Source: an uncultured Nitrososphaeraceae archaeon (GTDB lineage: Archaea; Thermoproteota; Nitrososphaeria; Nitrososphaerales; Nitrososphaeraceae). From it: 64,000 bases of DNA. Numbering within the stretch: position 1 is the stretch's first letter; each line of letters starts with the position of its first letter. This document shows, one piece after another, positions 1-11,750 of the stretch. A program made the translations under genes and the position numbers. Location: NCBI GenBank assembly GCA_963779615.1, contig CAVZZA010000005.1:736001-800000 (forward strand), read 5' to 3'. Below the pieces are notes generated by a model, which was not told the origin of the DNA, did no database searches, and saw nothing but the letters and a program-made list of their open reading frames with translations.

Positions 1-348
1 AGATGTCAAAATTTATGACCAGTACTTTAATACAAAAAAACAAGAAACATAAATTAAAGCATATTAATAACTGGCTCAATCTATTGATTGGCAATCAAAA
101 TAAAGAATTATTAAGTGAACAATTAATGAGAATGTTTTAGAATCCTATAAAGTATGCAGTCATTATTAAAAGTTAATTAACTAAAACACGAAAAAAGACA
201 TCGATGAAAATGACCTCAAAAAGATTTACTCTGTTAACGAACTTACTAACTAATCAACTAATAAATATGACCAAATATATTGTTTATATGAATTAAATTA
301 AACACTAGTCACAATTCCTCAACATCAACAACAGGCTCATCATCACAG

Positions 349-903
349 ATGCCTTATCCCACAATCAAACCGAAAGACAAATTAAAAGACTCCCTAGACC
401 TGATGAGAGAAAATTTGATTGATCAATATATCTGCATCTTAAAAACAATCGTTTATCTTAATTCAGTTTCACAGTCTAATGGAACCATCATAGAATCTAT
501 CTCTGATTTAAATAATCAGCTCATTAGAAAATCATCTGAAATAAACGGTGATGAGAATTCAACTACAACAGAAGAAATCAATCAATCTAACAAGCAACAA
601 AACATACTATCTGTAATGAATTATCTCAAGTTTACAGGCTTTATTGATTATTATATTGACAATATGAAAAAAGACAAAATTACAATAACTATATCTCCTG
701 TTATATCAGCATTTTTACTACAATATTATTTCGAAATAATAAATGTGTTGGACAATCCTAACAATAGTTCTTCGTTATTAAAGGACACTAAACATAAAGA
801 AGATGAAAAAATTCTCCTATTGCAAAAATTATTTGTAGCTTCATCACTTATAGGTTCTACAGGTGGTACTGGTGCTGCGCAGTCAACTTCAGTAGACTAC
901 TAA
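349..903 (+). CDS. Hypothetical protein, possibly winged-helix-like
   Basis: 184-aa ORF in very AT-rich DNA, where long chance ORFs are unlikely; helix ILSVMNYLKFTGFI followed by a beta-hairpin-like segment; family not recognised. Confidence 0.55.
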   Translation: MPYPTIKPKDKLKDSLDLMRENLIDQYICILKTIVYLNSVSQSNGTIIESISDLNNQLIRKSSEINGDENSTTTEEINQSNKQQNILSVMNYLKFTGFIDYYIDNMKKDKITITISPVISAFLLQYYFEIINVLDNPNNSSSLLKDTKHKEDEKILLLQKLFVASSLIGSTGGTGAAQSTSVDY

Positions 904-1572
904 TTCAAATATCATAAATCAGAACTCGATACAAATAAGATCGTTAGGATCAAAAGGTAACTTTATTTACATATTTTATCAGAGGAAGTCCTATTAAGGA
1001 GATATAAAAAAAAGTGTTTAAAAATAATTATCTTTCTGATACTTGGTATAATCAATGGATATAATAAGAAAAGAAATATTATAAAACATAAAACTTTTTG
1101 TTATCCTTATATAAATCTTTTTGAATAAGTTTCAAATGTTCATTAATTATTCAAACTAATCAATTTTCTGATGATGAAGTTTTTTTCTTACACTATAAGT
1201 ACAGTTGGAACATAATGACAGTTGTAGAATACGTAAATCAACAATAATCGTTTTTATCCTTGTTGCATAAATCAATTTATTTGTTTTACATTAAAAACAA
1301 TGTATTATTTGTAACAAATAGGCCTTCTTATATTATGTCCTATTGTGAGGAGACGAGAGATTCGCTTTGTCTATGACTATTCTAATGTAGGACAACATAT
1401 CAAGATTGAAGAGATTATTAATGAAATAAGGAAGGTAATAAAAAGCAAAGGTATTCTGATTCATTTATTTCTGTTAAGGTTACAACGGGGTTTACTTTCG
1501 TCTGTCATTTAGGCAAATACAGGCTAAGGAGGAGGAGTGATCAAAACCACATGGAAGAATCCATCAAACTAT

Positions 1573-2285
1573 TCATAACATCCACAAAAAGTACAAGAAT
1601 AAACAATATGGACGTATGCAGTATGGTAGTAGTAAATTAAATGATGAAGATGAAGATGAAGTTAAAGTAACGTGCATCCGGTTATCCTGTGCATTAGCAG
1701 TGGTTACATCATCTGCTGTTAGAGGTAATATAAGATCACCTGCTGCTGCTGCTGCAGTTGTCGATGTAAGATGCAGTTTGTATCCGAAAACCCATCCCTT
1801 GGTATGGCTATAGCCCCACCTTGGATCCGTATCAATGCCAGAACGAGGTACTGCTCCTTTTTCCATAAATGGATGATTATTCCATACACAACCCTTTGCT
1901 TCAGCAGGGTACTGTATATTGCTGTTAGAGAAGAGTTCGTCATACCTTCTACAACAAATAGATTTCCCCTTGTTGATATCCTTTCTTTTATATCTGTAGA
2001 AATCGTTTTTAGCCTTCTATCAAACGTACGTCTACATATGATGGAATGGATAATAACCCACAGGCTAATGCTAGTTTACGATTATACTGACAATCCATGT
2101 TAAGAAAAGTGTGTAAGGCATTGTTGGAATCCAATCTAAACCATCATATTCTTACAATAAAACATCTTTTAATTACTGAGGGTGGAAAATAAACATACGG
2201 TCTGCCACGACGATGTTTATCTGCATTGCTTGGCCATTGTATACAACCTATCAGATATAGAATATTAAAAAGGATGGATTCCTTT
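1573..2285 (-). mobile_element. Degraded DDE transposase (DDE_Tnp_1 type, IS4/IS5/IS982-like) pseudogene
   Basis: Minus-strand fragments in several frames: HRRGRPYVY, CFIVRI*WFRLDSNNALH, RRTFDRRLKTISTDIKERI, IDTDPRWGYSHTKGWVFGYKLH; stops and frameshifts; ends approximate. Confidence 0.8.
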
Positions 2286-2514
2286 TATCAAGATCTAGCC
2301 TTTGGGACAGTTTTGGTCAAAATCATATTCCAGGGGTTAGATTTAAGTTGTTATGAAATATATCGAGATAGTTTGAATTATTACCATGCCTCGTTTATTT
2401 AAATGATTAATCGCTCCACTTATTCAACAGATTGTACATATCTTTTTTACTCCATAATATAGTAGATAAATTCGGATAAATTAAGTTCTATTATCAACTT
2501 TTTAATATAACAAA

Positions 2515-3243
2515 TCAGCTTGTCAGTGACATGAAATTCTTGTACACTGTTTTTGAATATTTGTATAATTCTCCAACCTTTTTATTCACATCGAATATCA
2601 ATTCTTGTTTATCTATGTTTTCAGACAAGATCTCTTTTTGATATTCTTCAATCCAATTAACTATCATAGGTTCGGTTACTTCTAAATGGAATTGAATTCC
2701 ATAAGCGGTTTTGTATCGAAAGGCCTGTGTATATGAAGTAGAAAAAGATAAAACATTTGCATTTTCGGGTAATAGAAATGTATCACCGTGCCACTGAAAT
2801 ACCTGAATTTTCTTGTCGGAAATATTTTTAAATAAAGTATTTTTGCCCTCTTCTGTAATATCGACATAATTCCAACCGATTTCTTTTTGCAATCCAGGAT
2901 GTACTTTTCCTCCACACGAATCAGCTATAAGTTGAGAGCCCAAGCAAATACCCAATATTGGAATTCCAAGTTTGATAGAATTAAGAATCAGCTGTTTTTC
3001 TTTTCTCAAGTAGTCATGATCATCATTTACGGACATGGGTCCACCCAATACAAAAATTGCATCAAAATTTTTTATATTTTCAGGAATGACTTGCTTTGGT
3101 GCAAGAACTTCTCTTATTCTATAGCCATCGGATAAAAGAAAATCTTTCAAACTACCCAATGTTTCACAAGAAATATTTTTAATAGAAAGGATTTCATTAG
3201 AATTTCCCAATACTCCTTTAGTTAAAATAAACTTTAAAAACAT
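2515..3243 (-). CDS. Stand-alone class I glutamine amidotransferase
   Basis: LGGPMS, GICLG nucleophile elbow, WHGD, QFHLE catalytic His-Glu. Confidence 0.9.
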   Translation of the reverse strand: MFLKFILTKGVLGNSNEILSIKNISCETLGSLKDFLLSDGYRIREVLAPKQVIPENIKNFDAIFVLGGPMSVNDDHDYLRKEKQLILNSIKLGIPILGICLGSQLIADSCGGKVHPGLQKEIGWNYVDITEEGKNTLFKNISDKKIQVFQWHGDTFLLPENANVLSFSTSYTQAFRYKTAYGIQFHLEVTEPMIVNWIEEYQKEILSENIDKQELIFDVNKKVGELYKYSKTVYKNFMSLTS

Positions 3244-3281
3244 TCTATAACAACTAAATCAAATCATCTAGTTAAGAAAAG

Positions 3282-4556
3282 ATGGATTTTAAGGAGATAT
3301 TTTTTTTAACGCTGAGTTCAATAAAAGAAAGGAAAACTCGAACTATACTCACAATTTTGATGATAACAATGGGGTGTGGTTTATTAGTATCGCTAAGCAG
3401 CTTAACACAAGGGCTCATCTCTTTTGTAGAGCAAAATTTTAAAAAAATTCTCCCCAATCAAATAATAATTTCAAATTCAGACAAAATTCAGCAATCCAAC
3501 CTGGAAAATATCCAAAACAAACTTCAAGTTTTATTTGATAAAAATCTCAGTGTGATAGAAAAAAGAATACCTTTTGATTATAACACCACAAAATATTTAG
3601 AAAACATTAACGGGGTAGAGTCAGTAGACGCAGCATATCAGGGCATGTTAATGTTAAAACATGGTAATAAATCAGAAATTACAAATGCTATTGCAACTAA
3701 TTTTACAAGTTTAAGAAATATTATACCGGATTTTGAAAAAAAAAACATAATAGAATCCTCAAAAAAAGAGAATTTTATAATATTACCCCAAAAAATAAGT
3801 GAAAATCTTTTTCTTTCAAAAAAAGAAAAAAACAATCTAACTGTTAACAGCATAGGGGAAATAGACAACCTTTCAACAACATCCGATACAGATAACAATT
3901 TTAATGTAATATCAATCATCAATTCAACAGGCAACCCAATAATAGATAATTCTGTTTTCATTGAAGCAAAAATAGGTAAAGAAATTCTCAATAAATCTGG
4001 TGACTATGACATAGTATTTCTAACCTACAATGATATAAACAAAGTGGATAATATTGTAAAAACCTTACAAAAGCACTTCAACAATCAAATAACCATTCTA
4101 AACTCTTTAGAAATTATGAAAACCTTGACCAAATTTATTGTAGGGGTTTCCACATTTATTTCCAGCATAGCAGTTTTTTCCCTAATAGTTGGAGCAATAG
4201 GGATTGTAATCACGATATACACATCAGTAGTTGAAAGAACGAGGGAGATTGGAATACTAAAAGCACTTGGGGGGACAAACAGGACAATATTATCGATGTT
4301 TTTAACAGAATCTGTGATAATAGGGATTATTGGCGCAGGAATTGGAATATTGGTTGGATTTTTAGGATCCCATATTCTCTTAAATGCTTTTTTATTTTTT
4401 TTAAAAATACCAATAAAAATATTCCCGGTTTTTAATCTAATAGAGATTTTGAAAATTTTCACCGTCGTAGTGGGGTTGAGTATTTTTTCAGGCTTATATC
4501 CGGCTTACAGAGGATCAAAAATTTCTCCAGTAAATGCACTAAACAAATATTATTAA
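3282..4556 (+). CDS. ABC transporter permease, MacB/FtsX family
   Basis: N-terminal TM after RKTRTILT, large extracellular loop, SVVERTREIGILKALG, C-terminal GLYPAYRGSKISP. Confidence 0.9.
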   Translation: MDFKEIFFLTLSSIKERKTRTILTILMITMGCGLLVSLSSLTQGLISFVEQNFKKILPNQIIISNSDKIQQSNLENIQNKLQVLFDKNLSVIEKRIPFDYNTTKYLENINGVESVDAAYQGMLMLKHGNKSEITNAIATNFTSLRNIIPDFEKKNIIESSKKENFIILPQKISENLFLSKKEKNNLTVNSIGEIDNLSTTSDTDNNFNVISIINSTGNPIIDNSVFIEAKIGKEILNKSGDYDIVFLTYNDINKVDNIVKTLQKHFNNQITILNSLEIMKTLTKFIVGVSTFISSIAVFSLIVGAIGIVITIYTSVVERTREIGILKALGGTNRTILSMFLTESVIIGIIGAGIGILVGFLGSHILLNAFLFFLKIPIKIFPVFNLIEILKIFTVVVGLSIFSGLYPAYRGSKISPVNALNKYY

Positions 4557-4620
4557 TTTGTTTACCAAACACTATAAAATAATATTTATTCGGCATCACA
4601 TATATATCTAAAGAGCCAGA

Positions 4621-6657
4621 TTGAATAACTTTTTTTCCTCAAATGACATATTAATCGACAATAATTCAAACAAAAACACAAAAATTAATTCAAATAATAA
4701 AAACAAATTTATTCTATCTAATCATCTGTCACCCAAAGGCGATCAACCTCAAGCAATCAATAACCTAATTCGTGGAATAGAATCAGGTAAAAAAAAACAA
4801 ATTTTATTGGGCGTTACTGGGAGTGGCAAGACATTTACCATTGCAAACGTTATTTCAAAATTAAATAGAAACGTTTTAGTCATATCACATAACAAAACCT
4901 TATCAGCACAGTTATATACAGAATTTAAGGAATTCTTTCCCAACAACAATGTGGGATATTTTGTTAGTTTTTATGATTACTATCAGCCCGAAAGCTATAT
5001 GCCTCAAACTGACACATATATAGAAAAGGATACAGAAATTAACGAAAAAATCGAACAGATGAGGCTTGAATCAACATCGATGCTATTATCAGGGGAGCCA
5101 ACCATCATAGTGGCAACTGTATCATGCATTTATTCACTCGGGTCTCCTACAGAATGGAAAGAGCAATCAATAATCCTAAAAAAAGGTATGAATATAAACA
5201 GAAAATCAATCATACAAAAGCTAGTTAAAATAAGGTATGAGAGAAATGATATCAGCCCCATAAACGGAACTTTCAGATCAAAAGGAGACATAATTGACAT
5301 AATTCCAGGTTTTTCAAAAGAAATGATTAGAATAAGTCTTTATGGTAACACAATAGAGAATATTTTTATTTTAGACAAAGATACAAAAGAAACAATTAAG
5401 GAAGAAAATAAAACAATAACAATTTTTCCAGCAAAACATTACCTTGTAGATGAAAATACACAGAATAATGCAATAAAATCCATAAAAGAAGAAATGGATA
5501 AATGGTTACCACACCTCCCATCAGAATTAGAAAAACAAAGGCTAAACTCAAGAACAAATTATGATTTAGAAATGATTAAAGAATTGGGGTATTGCAACGG
5601 AATTGAAAACTATTCAAGACACTTTGATGGAAGAAAACCAGGTGAACCACCATATTGTCTTTTGGATTTTTTTAAGGAAGATTTCTTGTTAGTAATTGAC
5701 GAATCTCATGTAACACTACCCCAAGTTATGGCAATGTTCAAAGGAGATTACTCGCGAAAGAAAACATTGGTGGATTATGGATTCAGGCTGCCAAGTGCAT
5801 TTGATAACAGGCCACTTAAATTTGAAGAGTTTGAAGAATATTTTAATAATGTGATATTCGTATCAGCAACACCGGGAAAATACGAATTGAGTCATAACGA
5901 TAATCTAGTGGAACAGGTTGTAAGACCCACAGGACTTGTAGACCCAAAGATAGAAATTAAAGAGACAAATGGTCAAATCAAAGACCTAATAATAGAGATT
6001 AACAAAAGAACTGAGAAGAATCAAAGAACCCTTGTTACAACCCTGACCAAAAAGATGGCAGAAGATATGGCAGAATTTTTATCAAAAAATGAAATAAAAG
6101 TAAGGTACATACATTCAGAAATCAAGGGAATAGAAAGAACAGAAATACTAAGGCAGTTAAGAGCTGGAGAGTTTGACGTTTTGGTAGGAATAAATTTATT
6201 AAGAGAGGGACTTGACTTGCCAGAAGTTTCGCTTGTGGCAGTAATGGACGCAGATAAAGAAGGGTTTTTAAGAAATTACACGAGTTTGATTCAAACTTTT
6301 GGAAGGGCCGCAAGAAATTTAGATGGAAAGGTAATTTTATATTCCAACACCATAACTAAATCTATAAAGGAAGCAGTTGTAGAAACCAATAGAAGAAGAA
6401 GAAAACAAATTGAGTATAACGATATCAATAGAATCGAACCAAAAACAATTATCAAGCCAGTTCCGGAAAAGGGTTCAAATATTTCAAAATTTGACATAGA
6501 TTTAAAAACAATGACAAGAAATGATTTGATGGATTTATCAATTAAAATAGAAAATCAAATGAACAAGTTCGCAGAAGATCTTGAATTTGAAAAGGCTATA
6601 GAACATAGAGAAGATTTAAGAAAAATAAATGAAATTTTACTAATAAAAAATAAATAG
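4621..6657 (+). CDS. uvrB: Excinuclease ABC subunit B
   Basis: GVTGSGKT Walker A, YDYYQPE beta-hairpin, DESH, RLPSAFDNRPL, QTFGRAARN, C-terminal UVR coil. Confidence 0.98.
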   Translation: MNNFFSSNDILIDNNSNKNTKINSNNKNKFILSNHLSPKGDQPQAINNLIRGIESGKKKQILLGVTGSGKTFTIANVISKLNRNVLVISHNKTLSAQLYTEFKEFFPNNNVGYFVSFYDYYQPESYMPQTDTYIEKDTEINEKIEQMRLESTSMLLSGEPTIIVATVSCIYSLGSPTEWKEQSIILKKGMNINRKSIIQKLVKIRYERNDISPINGTFRSKGDIIDIIPGFSKEMIRISLYGNTIENIFILDKDTKETIKEENKTITIFPAKHYLVDENTQNNAIKSIKEEMDKWLPHLPSELEKQRLNSRTNYDLEMIKELGYCNGIENYSRHFDGRKPGEPPYCLLDFFKEDFLLVIDESHVTLPQVMAMFKGDYSRKKTLVDYGFRLPSAFDNRPLKFEEFEEYFNNVIFVSATPGKYELSHNDNLVEQVVRPTGLVDPKIEIKETNGQIKDLIIEINKRTEKNQRTLVTTLTKKMAEDMAEFLSKNEIKVRYIHSEIKGIERTEILRQLRAGEFDVLVGINLLREGLDLPEVSLVAVMDADKEGFLRNYTSLIQTFGRAARNLDGKVILYSNTITKSIKEAVVETNRRRRKQIEYNDINRIEPKTIIKPVPEKGSNISKFDIDLKTMTRNDLMDLSIKIENQMNKFAEDLEFEKAIEHREDLRKINEILLIKNK

Positions 6658-6676
6658 TAAAAAAAATAGAGATGAA

Positions 6677-9565
6677 ATGGACAATAAAATAATTATCAAG
6701 GGAGCAAAACAGCATAATTTAAAAAACATAAATGTCGACATTCCCAAAAATAAGTTAGTTGTGTTTACAGGTTTATCCGGATCTGGGAAATCCACATTGG
6801 CCTTTGATACAATTTTTGCAGAGGGTCAAAGAAGATATGTTGAATCACTATCAGCATATGCCAGGCAATTTTTACAGATAATGGATAAACCAGATGTTGA
6901 TTCAATAGAAGGATTATCACCAGCAATAGCTATTCAGCAAAAGACTACAAACAAAAATCCACGATCCACGGTAGGAACAATAACAGAGATATACGATTAT
7001 TTGAGGTTATTGTTCTCAAAAATAGGAAATCCGCATTGCCCTGAATGCGGTAGAAAAATAGCACACCAATCCATTGATTCAATAGTTAGCAGGATATTGG
7101 AAATTAATAAAACCACAGATAAAGAAGTGATCTTTATTTTAGCACCCGTAATTAGAGAAAAAAAAGGGGTTTATGAAAAAGTTTTAAAGGATTTAAAAGA
7201 TGAGGGATATTTAAGAATTCGGATTGATAAAAAAATTATAGACTTGAATGAATTTGAAAAGCTTAATCTGATACCCGAGACAGAAAAGCAAAAAAGGCAT
7301 TCGATTGAGGCAGTAATAGACAGAATAATTATCGACGATGAACATATAGAGAAAGACAGAATTTTTGAAGCTGTACAAAACGCATTGAATATGGGTCAAG
7401 GATTAACAATAGTTCAGATCGGAGAAAAAGACTACATCTTTTCGCAAAAAAACGCATGTCCATACTGCAATATAAACATTGGAGAAATGGAGCCAAGGTT
7501 TTTTTCATTTAACTCACCATTTGGAGCATGTGAAAAATGCAATGGACTTGGAATAGAAATTGAATTTGATCCTGATTTAATAATCCCAGACAAGAGTAAA
7601 AGTATTCTAAATGGCGGGATAAAGCCCTGGTCTTCCGGACAATTTGCAAGCTTTAGGACATCAATGCTAAAAGACGTTGGAAAGAAATTTGGGTTTAATT
7701 TAAACACACCTATAGAAAAAATGAGTGATGAGCAGATTAGTGTTATTTTATACGGAACAGACATCAAAATTAATTATAATTATGTTTCAAAATCAAGCGA
7801 TAGCTCTTGGGAGTATTCTGGGAGGTTTAAAGGTGTGATACCAAATTTAGAAAGAATATACAATGAGACAGAATCTGAGTCAAAAAGAGACGAAATAACA
7901 AAATTTATGAAAGAAAAACCATGCGAAAAATGCAAGGGAAACAGGTTAAAAAAAGAAGCGCTCTCAGTTAAAATAAATGAAAAGTCAATCATGGACATTT
8001 GCAATTTACCGATAGAAAAAACAGTTGAGTTTTTCAATAAAATAAATTTAACAGATAACGAAAGCATTATTTCAAAGCAGATTTTAAAGGAGATAAAAAG
8101 CAGGCTGGAATTTTTATTGGGGGTTGGACTAAACTACTTGAACCTTAACAGAAAAGCGGGAACACTTTCCGGGGGAGAATCCCAAAGGATAAGATTAGCA
8201 ACACAAATAGGTTCTAATTTAACAGGTGTTCTCTACGTTCTAGACGAACCCACTATTGGATTGCATCAAAGAGACAACTCCCTCCTAATCAAAACTTTAT
8301 TCAGGTTGCGAGACCTCGGAAACACAGTTATCATTGTAGAGCATGATGAGGACATAATAAGAAACTCAGACTGGATAATAGACATCGGACCTGCTGCAGG
8401 AATCCACGGCGGCCAGATAGTAGCACAAGGAATAATAACACAAATAATGGATAACAAGAATTCCATAACCGGCGAGTTTTTGTCTGGAAGAAAAAAAGTA
8501 ACAGAGGATTTTAAAAGAAAGGAAAACAATGGAAAATTCTTGTCTATCTTAGGGGCAAGTGAAAATAATTTAAAAAACATAAACCCAAAATTCCCCATTG
8601 GGTTGATAACCGTTGTAACAGGTGTTTCTGGATCAGGTAAATCTACACTCGTAAACGACATACTGTTTAATTACCTGACGAACCACTTTTACAAATCAAA
8701 ACTAACCACAGGGAAATTTAAAAAAATTCAAGGGGTTGATTATATAGACAAGGTCATAGGAATTGATCAATCACCGATTGGAAGAACACCAAGATCAAAC
8801 GCTGTGACCTATGTTAATGCTTTTACCCGAATAAGAGAACTCTACTCACTAACACAAGAATCAAAGGAAAGGGGATACAAGCCTGGAAGGTTTTCTTTTA
8901 ATTTACCAGACGGCAGATGCGATGTCTGCGAAGGGGCAGGAGTGCGGAAAATAGAAATGCAGTTTCTTCCAGATGTTTACATAACATGTGATCAGTGCCA
9001 TGGAAAAAGATACAATACAGAAACACTTTCAATAAAGTACAAGGGAAAAAGCATTTCAGAAGTATTAGACATGACAGTCGAAGAATCCTTAGAGTTTTTT
9101 AAAAACATTCCAGCAATAGCAAATAAGTTTAATTTATTAAACGATGTAGGACTGGGATACCTGCATCTGGGTCAATCGGCAACAACACTATCAGGTGGAG
9201 AGGCACAAAGAATCAAATTGGCTACTGAACTATCCAAAAAGGACACAGGCAATACCCTTTACATTCTTGATGAACCGACCACAGGATTGCATTTTTCAGA
9301 CGTAAAGAAACTTTTAAAGATTCTGTACAGGCTCAGGGATATGGGAAATACAATAATCATAATAGAGCATAACCTTGACGTAATATCTGCAGCAGATTGG
9401 ATAGTAGACCTTGGTCCCGAAGGGGGCAACAATGGCGGTCAGATAGTGGCATATGGAACTCCGGATGAAATCATCAATAACGAGATAAGCCATACCGCTC
9501 GATTTTTAAAAGAAAAATTACGACAATTCAACTTACAGGAACCAACAAACATAATCAGAATATAA
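6677..9565 (+). CDS. uvrA: Excinuclease ABC subunit A
   Basis: Two ABC ATPase domains (GLSGSGKS, GVSGSGKS, LSGGE twice), zinc-finger CxxC pairs, EGQRRYVESLS. Confidence 0.98.
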   Translation: MDNKIIIKGAKQHNLKNINVDIPKNKLVVFTGLSGSGKSTLAFDTIFAEGQRRYVESLSAYARQFLQIMDKPDVDSIEGLSPAIAIQQKTTNKNPRSTVGTITEIYDYLRLLFSKIGNPHCPECGRKIAHQSIDSIVSRILEINKTTDKEVIFILAPVIREKKGVYEKVLKDLKDEGYLRIRIDKKIIDLNEFEKLNLIPETEKQKRHSIEAVIDRIIIDDEHIEKDRIFEAVQNALNMGQGLTIVQIGEKDYIFSQKNACPYCNINIGEMEPRFFSFNSPFGACEKCNGLGIEIEFDPDLIIPDKSKSILNGGIKPWSSGQFASFRTSMLKDVGKKFGFNLNTPIEKMSDEQISVILYGTDIKINYNYVSKSSDSSWEYSGRFKGVIPNLERIYNETESESKRDEITKFMKEKPCEKCKGNRLKKEALSVKINEKSIMDICNLPIEKTVEFFNKINLTDNESIISKQILKEIKSRLEFLLGVGLNYLNLNRKAGTLSGGESQRIRLATQIGSNLTGVLYVLDEPTIGLHQRDNSLLIKTLFRLRDLGNTVIIVEHDEDIIRNSDWIIDIGPAAGIHGGQIVAQGIITQIMDNKNSITGEFLSGRKKVTEDFKRKENNGKFLSILGASENNLKNINPKFPIGLITVVTGVSGSGKSTLVNDILFNYLTNHFYKSKLTTGKFKKIQGVDYIDKVIGIDQSPIGRTPRSNAVTYVNAFTRIRELYSLTQESKERGYKPGRFSFNLPDGRCDVCEGAGVRKIEMQFLPDVYITCDQCHGKRYNTETLSIKYKGKSISEVLDMTVEESLEFFKNIPAIANKFNLLNDVGLGYLHLGQSATTLSGGEAQRIKLATELSKKDTGNTLYILDEPTTGLHFSDVKKLLKILYRLRDMGNTIIIIEHNLDVISAADWIVDLGPEGGNNGGQIVAYGTPDEIINNEISHTARFLKEKLRQFNLQEPTNIIRI

Positions 9566-9622
9566 AAAAAGAGAAAGCGAAGAAATTTAAATAATAATTT
9601 TGTATAACAAGTAATTAACAAG

Positions 9623-11381
9623 TTGGAAATAGAAATTCCAGACTACAATGTAGAACAGACTTTTCCCCAAAAACCAGGTGTTTACATTATGAAGGACATT
9701 GAAGAAAAGGTTATTTATATCGGTAAGGCTAAAAATCTAAACAAACGAATTAAAAGCTATTTTTCAAAAGACAGTTACAGAACAAGGGATAAAACATCCA
9801 TTCTGATTTCCAGGGTTAAAAAAATAGACTACATAATAACAGACAATGAAATTGAGGCATACCTACTGGAATCAAACCTGATAAAAAAATACCGGCCAGT
9901 TTTCAATATAGAGTTAAAAGATCAGCAAAGATACACATACCTAAAGATAACTGATGAAAAATTTCCAAGACTGCTGGTAACAAGGAGAAACAGAAACGGA
10001 GAGTTCATGGGACCAAAAGGCGAGATTTTTGGACCCTTTGTTAAAGGAAGCTCAAGATACTTGACGATAGGTCTTTTGAGGAAAATGTTTAAAATCAGAA
10101 TCTGTAAACAATTACCCAAAAGGGAATGTCTGGAATACCATATCGGTAATTGCGATGCCCCCTGCATCAATAAAGTTTCAACAGAAGGATACAACAAAAA
10201 CATAGAAGCTATAAAAAGCATATTGAAAACGAATAGCGATTTTGACGAATTTTACTTGAAACTAGAAAATGAGATGAAAGATGCATCGGATAAAAAAGAG
10301 TATGAAAAAGCTATACATATCAGAGACACACTGTATAGACTAAAAAATTTGCAGTACCATCAAAAAATGGAAAACACCTTTCAAATCAGTCCGATAGAAG
10401 AGTACATTGGAATAGTCTATGAAAAGATGAAAAACATGGCATATGTTATGACCCTAATTAGCAAAAATGGAGTAATCAATGATATGAAAAAATATCAATT
10501 TGATTTAATTGCAGACAACTCCTTTGAAAGTTTTATATCCCAGTATTATTATTCAAACCCAACAATACCAAGTACAATCTATCTCAATGAGGAATTAGAG
10601 GAAAAATCAAAATTAGAACAGGTTTTGGAAAAAATATCTAATCACAGTGTCAAAATAAAAACTATCGGTAATCCAACAAGTCAAATTGTACAAGATGATG
10701 ATACCGATGGCAACTACAACAACAACAACGAGCAAAACGAGCAAAATCAGGATGACAAAACAAAGATAATGGAATTGATTTTAAGCAATTTAAAAGCATA
10801 TGTTCAGAAAAGCTATGAGCCAGCACTGGAGGAGTTAAAAGCATTATTGAATTTAAAAAAAATTCCCCACGTAATAGATTGCTTTGACATATCAAATTTC
10901 GGAAACGACTTTGCGGTGGGAGCCTGTACCAGGTTTATGGATGGCATTCCGCATAAAAATGGATACAGAAGGTTTAAAATCAAAAAAACTTTCAATCAGG
11001 ACGACTATTCAATGATGGAAGAAATCATATCAAGAAGATACAGAAAAAATGAGGAAACAGAGATAGAAACAGTTGTTATACCCGAAGAAAAAACAAAAAG
11101 AACAACAACAACAATGATAGAAGAATTGCCCAGTCTCTTAGTTATTGACGGCGGAAAAGGACACCTAAATGTGGCCCTAAAGACCTTAAAGAAAATTGGA
11201 CTTGAAAAATTAGAATGTGTATCACTAGCAAAAGAAAACGAGGAGGTTTTTTGTACCTCACTCCAATGATCCGATAATAATTCCTAAAAGCAAAAAACCA
11301 TTGAAAATATTACAGCATATGAGAGACGAATCACACAGATTTGGTTTGGCATATAACAGGAAACTGCGAAAAATAATGTGA
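9623..11381 (+). CDS. uvrC: Excinuclease ABC subunit C, frameshifted at T6 (11247-11252)
   Basis: GIY-YIG (GVYIM..IYIGKAKNL), Cys cluster, DCFDIS, IDGGKG; track ORF stops at 11269 but the +1 frame continues VPHSNDPIIIPKSKKPLKILQHMRDESHRFGLAYNRKLRKIM* to 11381. Confidence 0.93.
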
Positions 11382-11750
11382 AATGAATTCAAAAATAAAA
11401 GAATTACTTAATAATAACCGCTTACTACATAACTCAGCCATATAAATGAGGTTAGGTATATCAATCATTTGTGATGGATTTGCCCTTACAACAAGTTCCC
11501 TTATAAGAACAGGTGAAATTCTTTATTTGTTTTTTCATGTAACGGCAGAAAATTCGATAAAGTGAATGAAACAAAGAAGCAAAAAAATAACAACTGCCTT
11601 TCTTTCACCATCCACCATAATAACACATAAAAAAGTGAAACCAATCGACGATATGCTATGTTTTACACATCCCCAGTAAAAATGGTAGTAACATTAATCA
11701 TGAAATACTTTTAAGTGGTAATCAAATCTCTAAATTGAGCATTACTATCT

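Noticed and set aside
1340-1560. Possible methyltransferase remnant (EEIINEIRKVIKSKGILIHLF)
   Set aside because: Too short and degraded to support
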